A stretch of 64,000 bases of DNA from positions 4,712,001 through 4,776,000 of the forward strand of contig JBHGNT010000016.1 of NCBI GenBank assembly GCA_043228905.1. The letters run 5' to 3'. Both the position numbers and the translations under genes were made by a program. A model generated the notes under the pieces. The model saw only the letters and a list, made by a program, of their open reading frames with translations, was not told the DNA's origin and did not search any database. Below are positions 1 through 13,003 of this stretch, in pieces; the first letter of the stretch is position 1, and every line of letters begins with the position of its first letter. This stretch comes from Azolla caroliniana. Lineage: Eukaryota; Plantae; Polypodiophyta.

Positions 1-1179
1 TTTATAGGATTTTAAGCTTTGTTAAGGTTCACTTTATGCAAGTTCCTCCATAGCTGCTATTTGATCAACCTTTTTGTAGTCAAGAAATGATGGCGCCGAC
101 AACGGTAGGTAGTGTGAACCCAAGGTGTAAATGACAATGGACATGCTATATAAATGACATGACATGAGATATTTGTTATCCCATTTTTCATCGAACATGG
201 CCTCTTCTCACAAGTAAGGATTTTTTGTGTTGTTATTTTAGCTCTTTCCATTTTCAATATGATATTTGGAACATGCATGTGGATGTTTAACAAAACCACA
301 AAGAGATTCATGTTTCGTTAGTTTTGACAAAAATAATTTACGATAGTTTAAAAGATTGGATTATTGAACTTGGAATGCAATCCTCTCCCTACCATGAGTA
401 ATGTAAATAAATGTCTGCATGATACGATGGGAGATGAAGTGAGAAATGCAAAGAGAAACTAGAGAGAGAGAGAGATTTTATAGTTGTCCTTGGAGGTCAA
501 GCAAAGATCACATTCTCTATATGGGACACTTAAATTGAATTCATATTCTTGTAGAGATGTGATGTTGAAGTATTGTCATCCAATTGATGTTTATGCATTG
601 GGAGGCTAAAAAGAAACATGTAATATGTTTACTAGAGATGTAAAACGGGTAGAATGGTTACAACAAAATATTTATTTAAGCTAGTTGCAAGAACTTAGAA
701 AAGTGGAAGGTAGCTATCATATATGTAAGTCATTTCTTGTATAGCAGGGTGATTTCTTAATACTATTTAGTATCTTTTTTATATAAAAAAAGAGTTTTGG
801 AAGCTCACTTCAAGGCTATGAAGAGAGAGGCCTAGTATAGGGACTCAAGATGCATGAAGATAGTAAGCATGAGAAACAACTAAGATAAAAGAGATGTAGA
901 TGGAGTTGGGAAAGCAAAATATATGTGGTATGGTGAAGTGATTGGTGTTTATGGTTCCTCCCCTTATCAATGAATATATATAAATCTAGTAATATAATTT
1001 CACTCATTATTATGAACAATTTGTGCTTTAGGGGGTTAAGTCTTTTTTAATTGTCTCTCCTTGGCCATTCTAAACAAATATTAATTAGTTGGGAAATTTG
1101 TTTTCAAAGTATTTCAATTGTCTACATATGTGTTATGTTTTCATCCGCGTACTCATGTTCACGTGCACATTTATTTTAG

Positions 1180-2023
1180 GCTAGAGGGAAAAGTTGCCAT
1201 CATCACTGGCGGAGCAAGTGGCATAGGTGCGGCTACAACAAACTTGTTTGTGGAAAATGGTGCATTGGTTATAATAGCTGACATTGATGATGAATTGGGA
1301 ACCAATCTCGTACAAACCCTTGGTCCCCATATTGTTTCTTATAAGCATTGTGATGTCACCATCGAAACTGACATAGAGGCTCTTATCGCATTCACATTAG
1401 CTAAATGGGGAAAACTTGATATTATGATAAGTAATGTAGGAGTTCTAGGCAAAGACGCATCTGAGATTATGAATGTAGATATGATAAACTTTCATGATGT
1501 TATGTCAGTTAATGTATATGGCATGACTCTTGCCATTAAACATGCTAGCAAGGCCATGATTGAAGCTAGAACAAAGGGTGTGATCATATGCACCAATAGT
1601 GTAGCGAGTATTATTGCTGGAAAGGCACCACTTGTATACACTGTCTCGAAGCATGCTCTTCTTGGCCTAATGCGAGCATCGGCATCGTGCTTAGGAAAAT
1701 ATGGCATTCGTGTGAATTGTGTGTCACCATCAAGTGTACTAACACCCCTCCCCTTAAAATTTCTACGAGAGGTCAATGGATTTACTTCCTTGTCTGAACA
1801 TGAGTTTCAAGACCTTAACGACTCCAGGAATGTTCTTGTTGGTCACTCATTATCTCCTCTTGGCGTTGCACAATCTATCCTTTATTTAGCATCAAATGAT
1901 GCTTCATTTGTTAGTGGCCACAATCTTGTTATCGATGGAGGCTTAACTATAACTTGCATGCAACCAAGTCTTGCAACTATTGGAAGGATGCGTGAGATAG
2001 GGGGAGATGAACTGACAAATTAA
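1180..2023 (+). CDS. Short-chain dehydrogenase/reductase (SDR110C / ABA2-TS2-like), main coding exon; first exon not located
   Basis: Acceptor ttattttAG|G then LEGKVAIITGGASGIG (Rossmann TGxxxGxG), CDV, LDIMISNVG, catalytic S...YTVSK, YGIRVNCVSP, SFVSGHNLVIDGG. An intron just before RLEGK is typical of this plant family. Confidence 0.9.
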
Positions 2024-2282
2024 TGATGTGACACATGGGTAATTTTTTCGAAGCTACACATTTAAAGCTCAGTTTCAAAAGAAAACATTGTAACCTCCCA
2101 TTATATTAAACCTGTATTAAACATAAACTGTTGAATATTGTGTTATAACACATATTAGAGAAAATAGCTATTACACGCTTATATGTAGAGTAAATTCAAA
2201 ACTATATAATTGGCTAATTTTCAAAACTATATATGGTCACACAAAGTTGAGATTTCCAATCTCATCAAATTTTAAATAAAGC

Positions 2283-2640
2283 ACATATTTAACATAATTA
2301 TTTGTTTATGAAGTTATGAAGATTTAATTGCAATCATTACTAATTAGGAACTAGCTAACAAGTGAACCAAAAGTTGTATTTCTATACTCTTCTAGTAAGA
2401 GGTAGTATAAGGAGAAACTTAACTTAAAAGTAAGCGAGCACATTCTTCATGTTTATAATATGTGCCAACATATCTGAGAACATTTTAAAACAAGAACATA
2501 TTTAACATAATTATTTGTTTCTCATATGCGGTTTAATTGCAATCATTACCAATTAGGAACTAGCTAACAAGTGAACCAAAAATTGTATTTCTATACTCTT
2601 CTAGTAAGAGATAGTATAGGGAGAAAGTTAACTTAAAAGT
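2283..2640. repeat. Diverged direct duplication (~150-bp unit, ~215-bp spacing) downstream of the SDR gene
   Basis: catatttaacataattatttgttt...aattaggaactagctaacaagtgaaccaaaa...aacttaaaag occurs at ~2283-2430 and ~2497-2640. Confidence 0.8.
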
Positions 2641-2799
2641 GTCAGGAATAGTACTAAGATAAAGAGGGAATTAGCACTAGAGATGAGGATTAGTACTACG
2701 AGGAAGAGAGTGTGTGGAACTCAGGAGAGAGAGAGAGAGAGTGTGTGTGTGTGTGTGTGTGTGTGTGGTGCTAACAACTTACCACTAGGGTAAGGTAAT

Positions 2800-5700
2800 T
2801 GTTGGGAAATCGGTTCCTCCGGATTGGATCCGGTTATGAATGAAGAGGGCCCGGTGAGAACCGGAAGAGATCTGGAAACCGGATCGGATGGACCCGATGA
2901 GAACCGGAAGAGAAGACATATTTGTAAATATGTTTTGAGTAAGCCTATTGAGGCTATATTTGTAAATAGCCCTAAGTTCATATAAGTATAAATATGACTT
3001 AGGGCAATCACTTTAGGGTGTGGTTGATATAATTGTTGTATAGAAATAGATAGAGATAGAGAGTGCGAGATACAGAGCAATACTCTATTGTAACCGCCGC
3101 TCGACGAAGAAACAGAGCTTGAGGTCGTTGCCTCCGAGTCTTAGACTGTACCTTTCTCATATAGTGATAGTTCAACATCTGTGGGCTCCTATGGTTTTTC
3201 CCTATTAGGGTTTTCCACGTAAACATCCTGTGTACCCTCTATTGTTCGTGTGTGTGTACGAGTGTTCATCTTTATTCCCATTTCTGTGTTTGATCCTTAA
3301 CCGAAGTGATCTAAGACTCGGTTGTGACCGAGCATTATTCTGCGCTATTCTTCTCAATCTAGTATCAGAGCGAACAACACAGGAAATGGAAGAATCGTTC
3401 GGCGGCATGTTCAAGCTCACCGGCTCCAACTACTCAGTGTGGAAGTCGAAGATGAGGGATATGCTGGTGGTTAAAGATCTTTGGTTGCGGGTTCGGTTTG
3501 GGGACAAGAGACCGGATAAGATCGACGCCACAGTGTGGGAGGTGATGCACAAGAAGATGATTGCATACATCCGGTGCTTCATCGACATGAGCCTGTACAA
3601 CAACTTCAATGAAGAGAGCAAGGCTCATGAACTCTGGGAGAAGATCGGCATCATGTTCCAGAACAAGAATGTTGTTAATCGGGTTTCGGTATTCCGGAAG
3701 CTAGTGAGGCTCCGGTACCAAGACGACTCCTGTATGGCGGTACTGGAGTTATGTCGAAGGAGCGAATGATGCGGCGCCCGATTCGGCACACAAGGACTTC
3801 CCGGTATGGGAGCAGGCGGCAAGCAGGGTGATGTACTGCTTCGCGTCCAGTGTCGGCGATCAGCTGCGCAGCCACATCCGTGACGCCAAGACACCGAAGG
3901 ATGCTTGGGGGAACCTGAAAAAAGGTTTTCGCCGCAAGCACCACTGCCCGAAAGCTGCAACTCAAACAGGAGTTGAGTAATGTTCGACATAAGAACATGT
4001 CCGTGGCAGACTACACGGGCCGGATAAAGGAAATCTGCGACTCGCTCGCCTCTATCAATGTTACCGTAGAGGAAGACGAGATGGTGCAGGTATGTCTCGG
4101 AGGCCTGGCGTCCAAGTTCGGAGGGTTCCAGACTGCGGTGTGTACAAGGGAGAATACCCTCATTCTTCGACTTACAGTCGATGCTCCTTGTAGAGGAGAA
4201 CCACGCCGGTGCATCTACCAGTGCATCCCCGGACAGCCGAATGTTGTACACAGGAACGGATCGGCTCCGTGGGCGTGGTGGAAGAGGTGGGTCGGCACGC
4301 AATGGAGGCGGCTGGCAAGAGCAGGAACGGAGGCACTATGAACGTGCCGACAGCAGTACCGGGACTTCCACAAGCAGGGGGAGTCAAGGCGGTGCCGGAG
4401 GCCAGCAAGACAAATCCGCTACGGAATGCTGGTACTGTGGCAAAAAAGGCCATAGGGAAAGCGAGTGCTGTAGAAAGCATGCCGATTCGGACAAATCTGG
4501 ATCTAGCAAGACCGGTAAGGATGGCCGGCAAAACTCGCACTCCGCAAACGGATTAGGAGGATCCGGAACCGGAAAGGCCGGTAAGGGGCCAGCCTTGGTG
4601 ATGAATCACAAGGCAAACTCAATGAAGAAGACCACTTTCAAAACGAAGGAAGTGTGGTATGTTGATTCCGGCGTGTCGAACCACATGACGAGCCACAAAG
4701 AGTGGTTCTCCTTTTTGGAGAAACCGGATCAACCAGGAGTAGTCGAAACCGGAGACAACACTCCTCACCCAATCGTGCACATCGGAGAAGTCCCTCTAAG
4801 CCACGTCGGACAGAAAGGGAAGCTGATGAACGTATTACACGTTCCGACAATCACGAAGAACCTGGTGTCCGTCAGTCAGATTGTGGACCAGGGGATGCAG
4901 GTGCGGTTTACGCACCTCGGGTGCTTCATTGAGGATGAGGGCGAAGTCATTGCACAAGGGCGCAGAGACGGGAGGATGTTTATCCTCAACACCAATGACT
5001 TTGGCACCGCTCTGTTCGCGAAACGACAGAAGGTCGAGTCAGACATCGACCTGTGGCACAAGCGGATAGGCCACGTCAACTACCGGAGGCTTCAAGACCT
5101 GCAAACGAAACAAGTCGTTTTCGGTTTGCCGAAGTTCAGCGGTCGGAGAGCCGAAATTTGTGAAGCCTGCCAACTTGAGAAGCAACACCGGCTTCCATTC
5201 CCCACCGAACGGAACCGGAGCCGTAACAAGCTCGATCTCATCCATTCGGATGTGTGGGGACCGGCACAAAGTGTAAGCCTTGGCGGGAGCCGATACTTCG
5301 TCTCCTTCATCGACGACTATACTCGGCATACTTGGATCTACCTCATTGAGCGGAAGAGCGAAGTCTTTGACTGTTTCCGGAGCCTCCATAAGATGGTGGA
5401 ACGGGAATCGGAGAGGAAGATCAAATGCCTTCGGTCGGATGGCGGAAAGGAATATTTTGCCGGCCAATTCACTAGTTATCTGCAGCAGAAGGGAATTCGG
5501 CGAGAGTTCAGCTGCAGATACACACCGGAGCAAAACAGTGTGGCCGAAAGGAAGAACTGGACACTTGTTGAAGCGGCAAGGGCAATGCTGGAGGAGAAGA
5601 GCATGCCCCGGTTCTACTGGGCGGAGGCGGTCCGGACGGCCGTCTACATACAAAACCGCATTGCTGTCAAGGTGTCAACTCATGAGTTGTATTTTGGACG

Positions 5701-8700
5701 CAAGCCGAACTTAAGACACCTTCGGATATTCGGCAGCGTAGCGTATGTGCATGTGCCGGATCAGAAGCGGAGAAAGCTGGATGCAAAATCGGAAAAATGC
5801 ATTCTAGTCGGCTATGCTCAAGAGCAAAAGGGGTATAAGTGCTTTAACCCCCGGACGAAGGAAGTCTGAGTTAGCCGGGATGTCGAGTTCGATGAATCGG
5901 CATCCTGGTACTCCGTACCGACTCCGACTTCTGATCCCGACCCAATGCCGGAAGATCAGGCCAGTGAGCCCGAATCAGCCCTAGCAGAGGATGACGAAGC
6001 CGGGACTCAAGATGAGAGTCCGGAATCGTTACGGTTGAGTGGACCGAACGAGCAACTGAGTCGGTTGGACCAGTCGGATGAAGAGACGGCAAGTGGTGGA
6101 GACTCTACCGTGCTCTCCCCGCGCAAGGAACCGAGGAAACGGTTCACACGCAAAGAGAAAGGGAAGAGGAAGATGCCGGAATTCGAAACCGGCAACGATG
6201 AGTCGGATCGGTGCGTATCCAACTCCGGAAAGGAGAAAGGCGGATCTTCGGCAACGAAGACCGAACTGGCCAAGAAGGGCCTCAAATCAGGTGATGGTGC
6301 GTTGCGCCGATCAACCCGCCAGAAGGATCCTGTCATACGGTACGGGTACAATGAATACATGGCGCATCATTATGCGTACATGACTAAGGTGACAGAAGTG
6401 CGCGAGCCGGAGAGCTACGCAGAAGCGGCAAAGGACACAAATTGGCGTGCCGCTATGGACGAAGAAATGCGGGCACTCGATGCCAACGAAACTTGGGACC
6501 TTGATCCTCCCCGTCACTGTAAACCGATCGAATGCAAGTGGGTGTACAAGGTCAAGTACAATGCCGACAGTTCTGTTAACCGGTACAAAGCCCGGTTAGT
6601 GGTGAAGGGATACGCGCAGACCCACGGAATCGACTACGACGAGACCTTCGCTCCTGTAGCGAAGATGACGACGGTTCGTGTGGTACTAGCGGTTGTTGCG
6701 GCAAGGGGGTGGCATCCTCACCAGATGGATGTGAAGAACGCCTTTCTTCAAGGAGAGCTTGAAGAGGAAGTCTTTATGACTCAGCCCCCCGGATTTCAAT
6801 CGGAGATGAACAAGTCGGCGGTATGCCGACTGAAGAAGTCGCTTTACGGCTTGAAGCAAGCCCCCCGAGCTTGGAACGCGAAGATCACGCACCGGTTGCG
6901 TAAGCTGGGGTTTGTTGTCTCTAAGTTGGACTCTTCGTTGTTCATTCGACAAGACTCTGACGGTCCGGTATGTATACTCTTGTATGTGGATGATTTAGTC
7001 ATCACCGGACCGGGTCTTCCCAAAATCAACCGCGTCAAGTCCCAGTTGTCGGACGCATTCGAAATGAAGGACCTGGGGGACCTTCATTATTTTCTTGGGA
7101 TCGAAGTGATCCGGACCCCCGACGGCATATTGCTATCACAACGACATTACGTGTTGAATATGTTGTATAAGTTCGGCATGACGGATTGCCGACCTGTCTC
7201 CACACCCCTGGACCGGAACCAGAAGCTCCGTCCCAACTCCGGACCGGCCTGCAATGAGAAACGGTTCTGATAGGTTGTCGGAAGCCTGATCTACTTAACC
7301 ATCACCCGACCCGAAGAGCTTGTCAGTTACACAAATGCTGATTTGGCCGGCGATGCGTCTGATCGCCGCTCCACTTCCGGATACATGTTCTCCATAGGTA
7401 GCGCGACCGTTGCGTGGAGCAGCAAGAAGCAACCCACAGTGGCTTTGTCAAGCACTGAGACTGAGTACCGGGCCGCTACCGTTGCCACTTGTGAAGCCAT
7501 CTGGCTTCGGCGGCTGCTGCGAGACTTGCGGATCGAGGTACCAACCCCGATCCCGATTTACTGTGATAACATGAGCAGCCTGCAGCTTGCCAGGAACCCT
7601 GTGTTCCATGCTCGCACAAAGCACATCGAGGTGCACTACCACTTCGTGCGTGAGCGGGTCCTGAGCGGTGAAGTTGACCTACGGTATGTTCATACGGATC
7701 GGCAAGTTGCCAACATCTTCACCAAGCCGCTCGGATCGGACAAGTTGCAACACTTTACCGACATGCTTGGTATTCAACATCTTGACGTGCCGCACTTGAG
7801 GGGGAGAAGCAAGGGCAATGTCTCTAACGAAACGGGCAAAGGCCAAAAAATTGTTGAACCTGTCGGTAAGAGGAGAGCCAGAAGAAGAGGAGACAAGAAG
7901 AGGAAGGAAGCCGAGTCGACGAAGGAAGTCGACACATCCGAACAGGTCGGAGCAAGCGGCTGTGAAGAAGAGTTGTGCACTCAGGAAGAGAAGTGCATGC
8001 TGTGCGGAGGTCATCACGACGGTACTGACCACGATGCGGAGTCGAATGAAGAATTCGATTTTGGTTCACCGGCTGAAGAAGCCGAGGGAAGCATGGAGAA
8101 GGCCAAAACTCGGAAGTGGTCCGATGTGGTGAGAGGCCTGAAGCCGGAAGTCGAATCGGAGTGTACCGATTCGGACAAGAGCTGGAACGAGTCGGAGACA
8201 GCTGACTCAGATCAATAGATGGATCCGGATGAGTCGGATCGACTGAAGGTCAAGGGGACATAGACACAGCAGAAGTCGATGCCATCGTGGGAGAACCGAC
8301 GGATCGGCAAGCGCCGGAGTCACCGCAACGTGAGTGCTGAGATGGGCCTATTGAGCAGACATGCCGACCGAGAGGGTCAAGGCGCGCAGAACCAAAGGGG
8401 TCGCAGCAAACGGGACCGGACCGGATGAGGAGCGCGAGCAAGGCGAAGTGACGCCAGGAGAAGTCGGTTGGAAGAACCGACTGCCACAGAGGTCGACACT
8501 ACGACCCCACCTCAGGTTGAGCTTGAGGGGGAGTGTTGAGCGGCAAGCTCAACCGGAGCCGAATCGGCTAAATAAGCCAGAGCCGGTAAGCGAGACGGAT
8601 CGGGCGAAACGGATCGGTATGACGGTGAGCAACCAAACCGGCAAGCAATGGAGGCCGGGTGCAATCCATAACCGGAAGTCCAATCGGAAGCCTAGTATAG

Positions 8701-11700
8701 GATAGACTACTAGGTAGCTATAGTCTCGTAGTAAGTGTCAGATGCTCGTGTGAGCATTGAAGTACATAGTACTTCTGTCAGTCCCAAGAGGACTTGTATA
8801 AATAGTGCTACTTAGCACAGTGTGTATACAGAGTCTTGATATAATTTTGAAATTGTGTTCTGCTCTGTGTGTGTGTGTGTGTGTGTGTGTGTTGTTCTCT
8901 GTTTTACGCTTCCGCAAACACTCGCGTTTACATAGAGGTTAGTTGTCACGTTGGGCAACACCAGGACGAAAGGAAAGTAGTTGTCCCTAGCAAGGTTAAA
9001 ATCAAGCCTGCTAGATGAAGAAGCTCGCCAAAAGGAGAGGGAGTCCGGAACCGATCCGAAGGCCTTGGTTACGGAAGATGACCAAGGCGGGTATCGGAGT
9101 CCCCAAAACTGGGACAAATCGGGAACGAGGTCGAATTCAAGGGGGAGGCCTACTTGCTTCTACTGTGGGAAGCCAGGGCACTTCCAGAAGATTTGTCAAC
9201 ATTTCCGGAAAGAGAAAGGAACTGACAGTGCCGATTCGAAGAAGAGTTCGGACCGAAACGGTTCGGACCGGAGAGGCCTGGATCGGAAGGGAACGTCGGC
9301 AATCACCACAAGTGAAGAAGAACTAATGCTCATTACCAAGGAGAATGAGTTATACCTTGTAGACGATGACACAACGTGGGTTGTTGATTCCGAAGAATTG
9401 TTCCATCTGACACCGGACCAGAAATGCTTCTCATCATACATAACTGGAGATCACGGGTGTGTCCGGATGGGGAATTAAGGTACATGCTGAATTGTCGGCA
9501 TAGGAGATGTGTTGTTGACGACATTAACCAGATGCAAATTGCTTTTGAAAAAAGTCTGACACGTCCGGAGGTTCGGTTGAATCTGATATCAGTTGGTCGG
9601 CTAGATGATGAAGGCTACATGAGCAACATCCGGAACGGAGTCATGAAGTTCAACAACGAAAGCTTGATTGTGGCTCGAGCTTGGAAGATCAACACGTTAT
9701 ATCTGATGCATGCCCGAATATGCTAGGAAGAAGTGAACGTAGCATCCGACACTGCCTGTGAGATGTGGCACAAGAGACTGTGTCATATGAGCTAGAAGGG
9801 GATGAGAAGACTTGCCGAAGACAACCTCATTCCAGAGGTGAAAGACATGCAGCTTAGGAAGTGCACCAATTGCTTGGCCGGCAAACAAAACCGAACCTCC
9901 TTCCGAACAAGACCACTAATGAGATGGAATGCACCACTGGAGCTGGTGCATACCGATGTGTGTCAAGTGGACACGAAGTCACATGTTGGATCGTAGCACT
10001 TCGTGACATTCATAGATGACAACAACCGGAAGCTGTGGGTCTCACCACTGAAGACGAAGGATCAGGTGCTATCCGTCTTCAAGGAACTCCACGCGAGAGT
10101 GGAAAGAGAAACCGGTCAGAAGCTGAAAGCGGTTTGAGTAGATAATGGAGGAGAATACCGGGGGCAGTTCAAGGAGTACTGTCAGTCGAAGGGAATCTGG
10201 CTCAAATTCACCGTGTCAAAGATGCCGGAGTTGAACGGGTTGGCCAAACGAATAAACCAGACCGTGATGGAGAGAGTCCGGAGCATGTTGGCACATGCAA
10301 AGTTACCCAAGACATTTTGGGTTGAGGTGCTGATGACGGCGACCTATGTGATAAACAGATCACCCTCAGCACCCTTCGAAGGAGACTCACCGTAGAAAGT
10401 ATGGACCGGTAAAGATGTATCTTACCGACATCTGAAGGTGTTCGGGTGTCTCGCCTGTGTGCATGTTGCAAAGGACAAGAGAGCAAAGCTGGATCCGAAG
10501 TCCAGGGCATCCATATTCCTTGGATACGGCGATGATGAGTTCGGTTACCAGGTGTGGGATCTGATCGACAAGAAGGTGTTCCGGAGTCGGGACATAGTCT
10601 TCATGGAAGACATGACCATTGCCGACTGGGAGTCGGAGAAGAAGTTAATGAACTCCGGATCATCCAATGAAAACCGGCTTGAGGACACAAGGACTTACCC
10701 GGTTGAAAACTGGATGTTAGCCGGTAACCAGATGACACTCGACGAACCGGCCGGATTCGGACAAGAAACCGAACCAACCGAAGAAGAAGAAGAAGACACC
10801 AAAACCAGACAAGATCCCGAATCGGATTCGCATGAGGAACAAACGAAGGAACCGGTAGTCAAAAACCAAGGACGGAGATATCCTCTCCGAGAGAGAAGAG
10901 CTCCCCGGAGATTTTTGGATGTAGAGCATGTGTTGCTAACCAATGAGGGGGAGCCGGAAAGCTTCGAAGAAGCAAAGAGAGACACCCACAGCCGCAAGTG
11001 GTTGAGTGCCATGCAGGATGAGATGGATTCCCTACATGAGAATCACACATATGAACTGACGGAATTGCCGAAAGGAAAGAGGTCACTGAGGAACAAGTGG
11101 GTGTACAAGCTGAAATCGGAAGATGCCGGAAACCCACCGAGATACAAAGCACGGATCGTGGTGAAGGGGTTCCAGCAGAAGAAAGGAGTGGACTTCGATG
11201 AGATCTTTGCCCCGGTAGTAAAGATGACATCCATCCGGACGGTATTGGGCATAACGGCAAGCATGGACCTCGAGGTAGAGCAACTGGACATCAAGACGGA
11301 ATTCCTACATGGTGACCTTGAAGAAGAGATTCACATGCATCAACCGGAAGGATTTGAGAAGAAAGGGAAGGAGTACCTGGTGTGCCGGCTGAAGAAGAGC
11401 TTATACGGACTAAAGCAAGCTCCCCAACAATGGTACCGAGAGTTAGAATCCTTCATGACTGCGTGTTTGTGAAGAAATTTGACGGAGGAGATTTTCTGAT
11501 ACTCCTCCTATATGTGGATGAAATGTTGATTATCGGACGAGACCAAGGCAAGATTCGGATGCTGAAGAAGGCTCTGAACTAGACCTTCTCAATGAAAGAC
11601 TTGGGTCCTGCAAGACAGATATTGGGAATGCACATCATCCAAGATCGGTCGAAGAAGTTGTTGTGGTTATCACATGAGAAGTACGTGACAAAGGTGCTTC

Positions 11701-13003
11701 ATCAGTTCAACATGTCGGAGGCGAAATCGGTCGGATCGACACTTTCGGCAAATTGCAAGCTATCCAGAAAACAAAGCCTGAGGACAAAGGTGGAGAAGAC
11801 GGATATGATGAAGATACCATATGCCTCTGCCATCGGAAGCTTGATGTACGCGATGGTATGGACCCATCGGATATCGGATATGCAGTCGGAGTGGTGAGCC
11901 GGTTCATGAGCAATCCCGGAAAAGAACAGTGGAATGCGTTCAAGTGGATACTCCGGTATCTGAAAGGCACCGTGAGTATGTGTCTCTTGTTCGGCTCCGG
12001 TGATCCCAAACTTGATGGATTCACGGATTCGGTTATGTCATCTAATGCGGATACCAGCAGGTCTACTTCAGGATACGTCATGACTTATGCAGGGGGAGCT
12101 ATTTCGTGGTAGTCGAGGCTGCAGAAGACGGTTGCGCTGTCAACCACAGAGGCAGAGTACATGGCAGTTGTGGAAGCCGGCAAGGAGATAATCTAGATGA
12201 AGGACTTCATCGGAAAGCTAGGGATCCAACATGAGGAATATCGGCTCTACTACAATAGTCAAAGTGTCGTTCACCTTGCAAAGAACACAGCCTACCATTC
12301 CCAGACGAAACGTATCCAGCAGAGGTACCACTGGATCCAAGAGAGAGTAGAAGATCAAGAGTTCGTGTTGACGAAGATCCACATGGAGGGGAACGGGTCG
12401 AATATGTTGACCAAGGTGTTGACAACCAACAAGCTGGACGCATGCCGAAAGCAGATCAGGTTGGCGAGGCATCCCATGCCAGAGCGAAGGGGGAGATTGT
12501 TGGGAAATCGGTCCCTCCGGATGGGATCCGGTTATGAATGAAGAGGGCCCGGTGAGAACCGGAAGAGGAGACATATTTGTAAATATGTTTTGGGTAAGCC
12601 TATTGAGGCTATGTTTGTAAATAGCCCTAAGTTCGTATAAGTATAAATGTGACTTAGGGCAATCACTTTAGGGTGTGGTTGATATAATTGTTGTATAGAG
12701 ATAGACAGAGATAGAGAGTGTGAGATATAGAGCGATATTCTGTTGTAACCGCCGCTCGGCAAAGAAACAGAGCTTGAGATCGTTGCCTCCGAGTCTCAGA
12801 CTATACCTTTCTCATATAGTGATAGTTCAAAGTCTATGGGCTCCCATGGTTTTCCACATAAACATCATGTGTACCCTCTATTGTTCGTGTGTGTGTGTGT
12901 GTGTACGAGTATTCATCTCTATTCCCATTTTTGTGTTTGATCCTTAACCGAAGTGATCTAAGACTTGGTTGTGACCGAGGATTATTCCGCGCTATTCTTC
13001 TCA
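2800..13003 (+). mobile_element. Ty1/copia LTR retrotransposon A (Tnt1-like), full-length but decayed, interrupted by copia B
   Basis: 5' LTR 2800-3356 and 3' LTR 12498-13003 (TG...CA), TSD GTAAT on both sides, PBS TAGTATCAGAGC (Met-i variant), PPT GAAGGGGGAGA. Gag (LTGSNYSVWKSKM; CFYCGKPGH), PR WVVDS, IN VHTDV, RT (KARIVVKG, LYVDE) and RNase H, with many stops and frameshifts. Confidence 0.93.
3735..8932 (+). mobile_element. Ty1/copia element B nested in copia A gag; 5' LTR missing, 3' LTR 8534-8932
   Basis: Abrupt switch from A gag to YWSYVEGANDAAPD; CWYCGKKGH knuckle, WYVDSG, IN IHSDVWG, RT LYVDD, RNase H TKHIEV; PPT CTTGAGGGGGAG 8522-8533; A gag resumes after 8932. Confidence 0.9.

Noticed and set aside
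1118-1179. N-terminal extension of the 301-aa SDR ORF
   Set aside because: Non-ATG start and lies upstream of a clear splice acceptor; most likely intron.
4172-8132. Many overlapping antisense or alternative-frame ORFs in the copia and gypsy bodies
   Set aside because: Shadow ORFs of GC-rich TE coding sequence.
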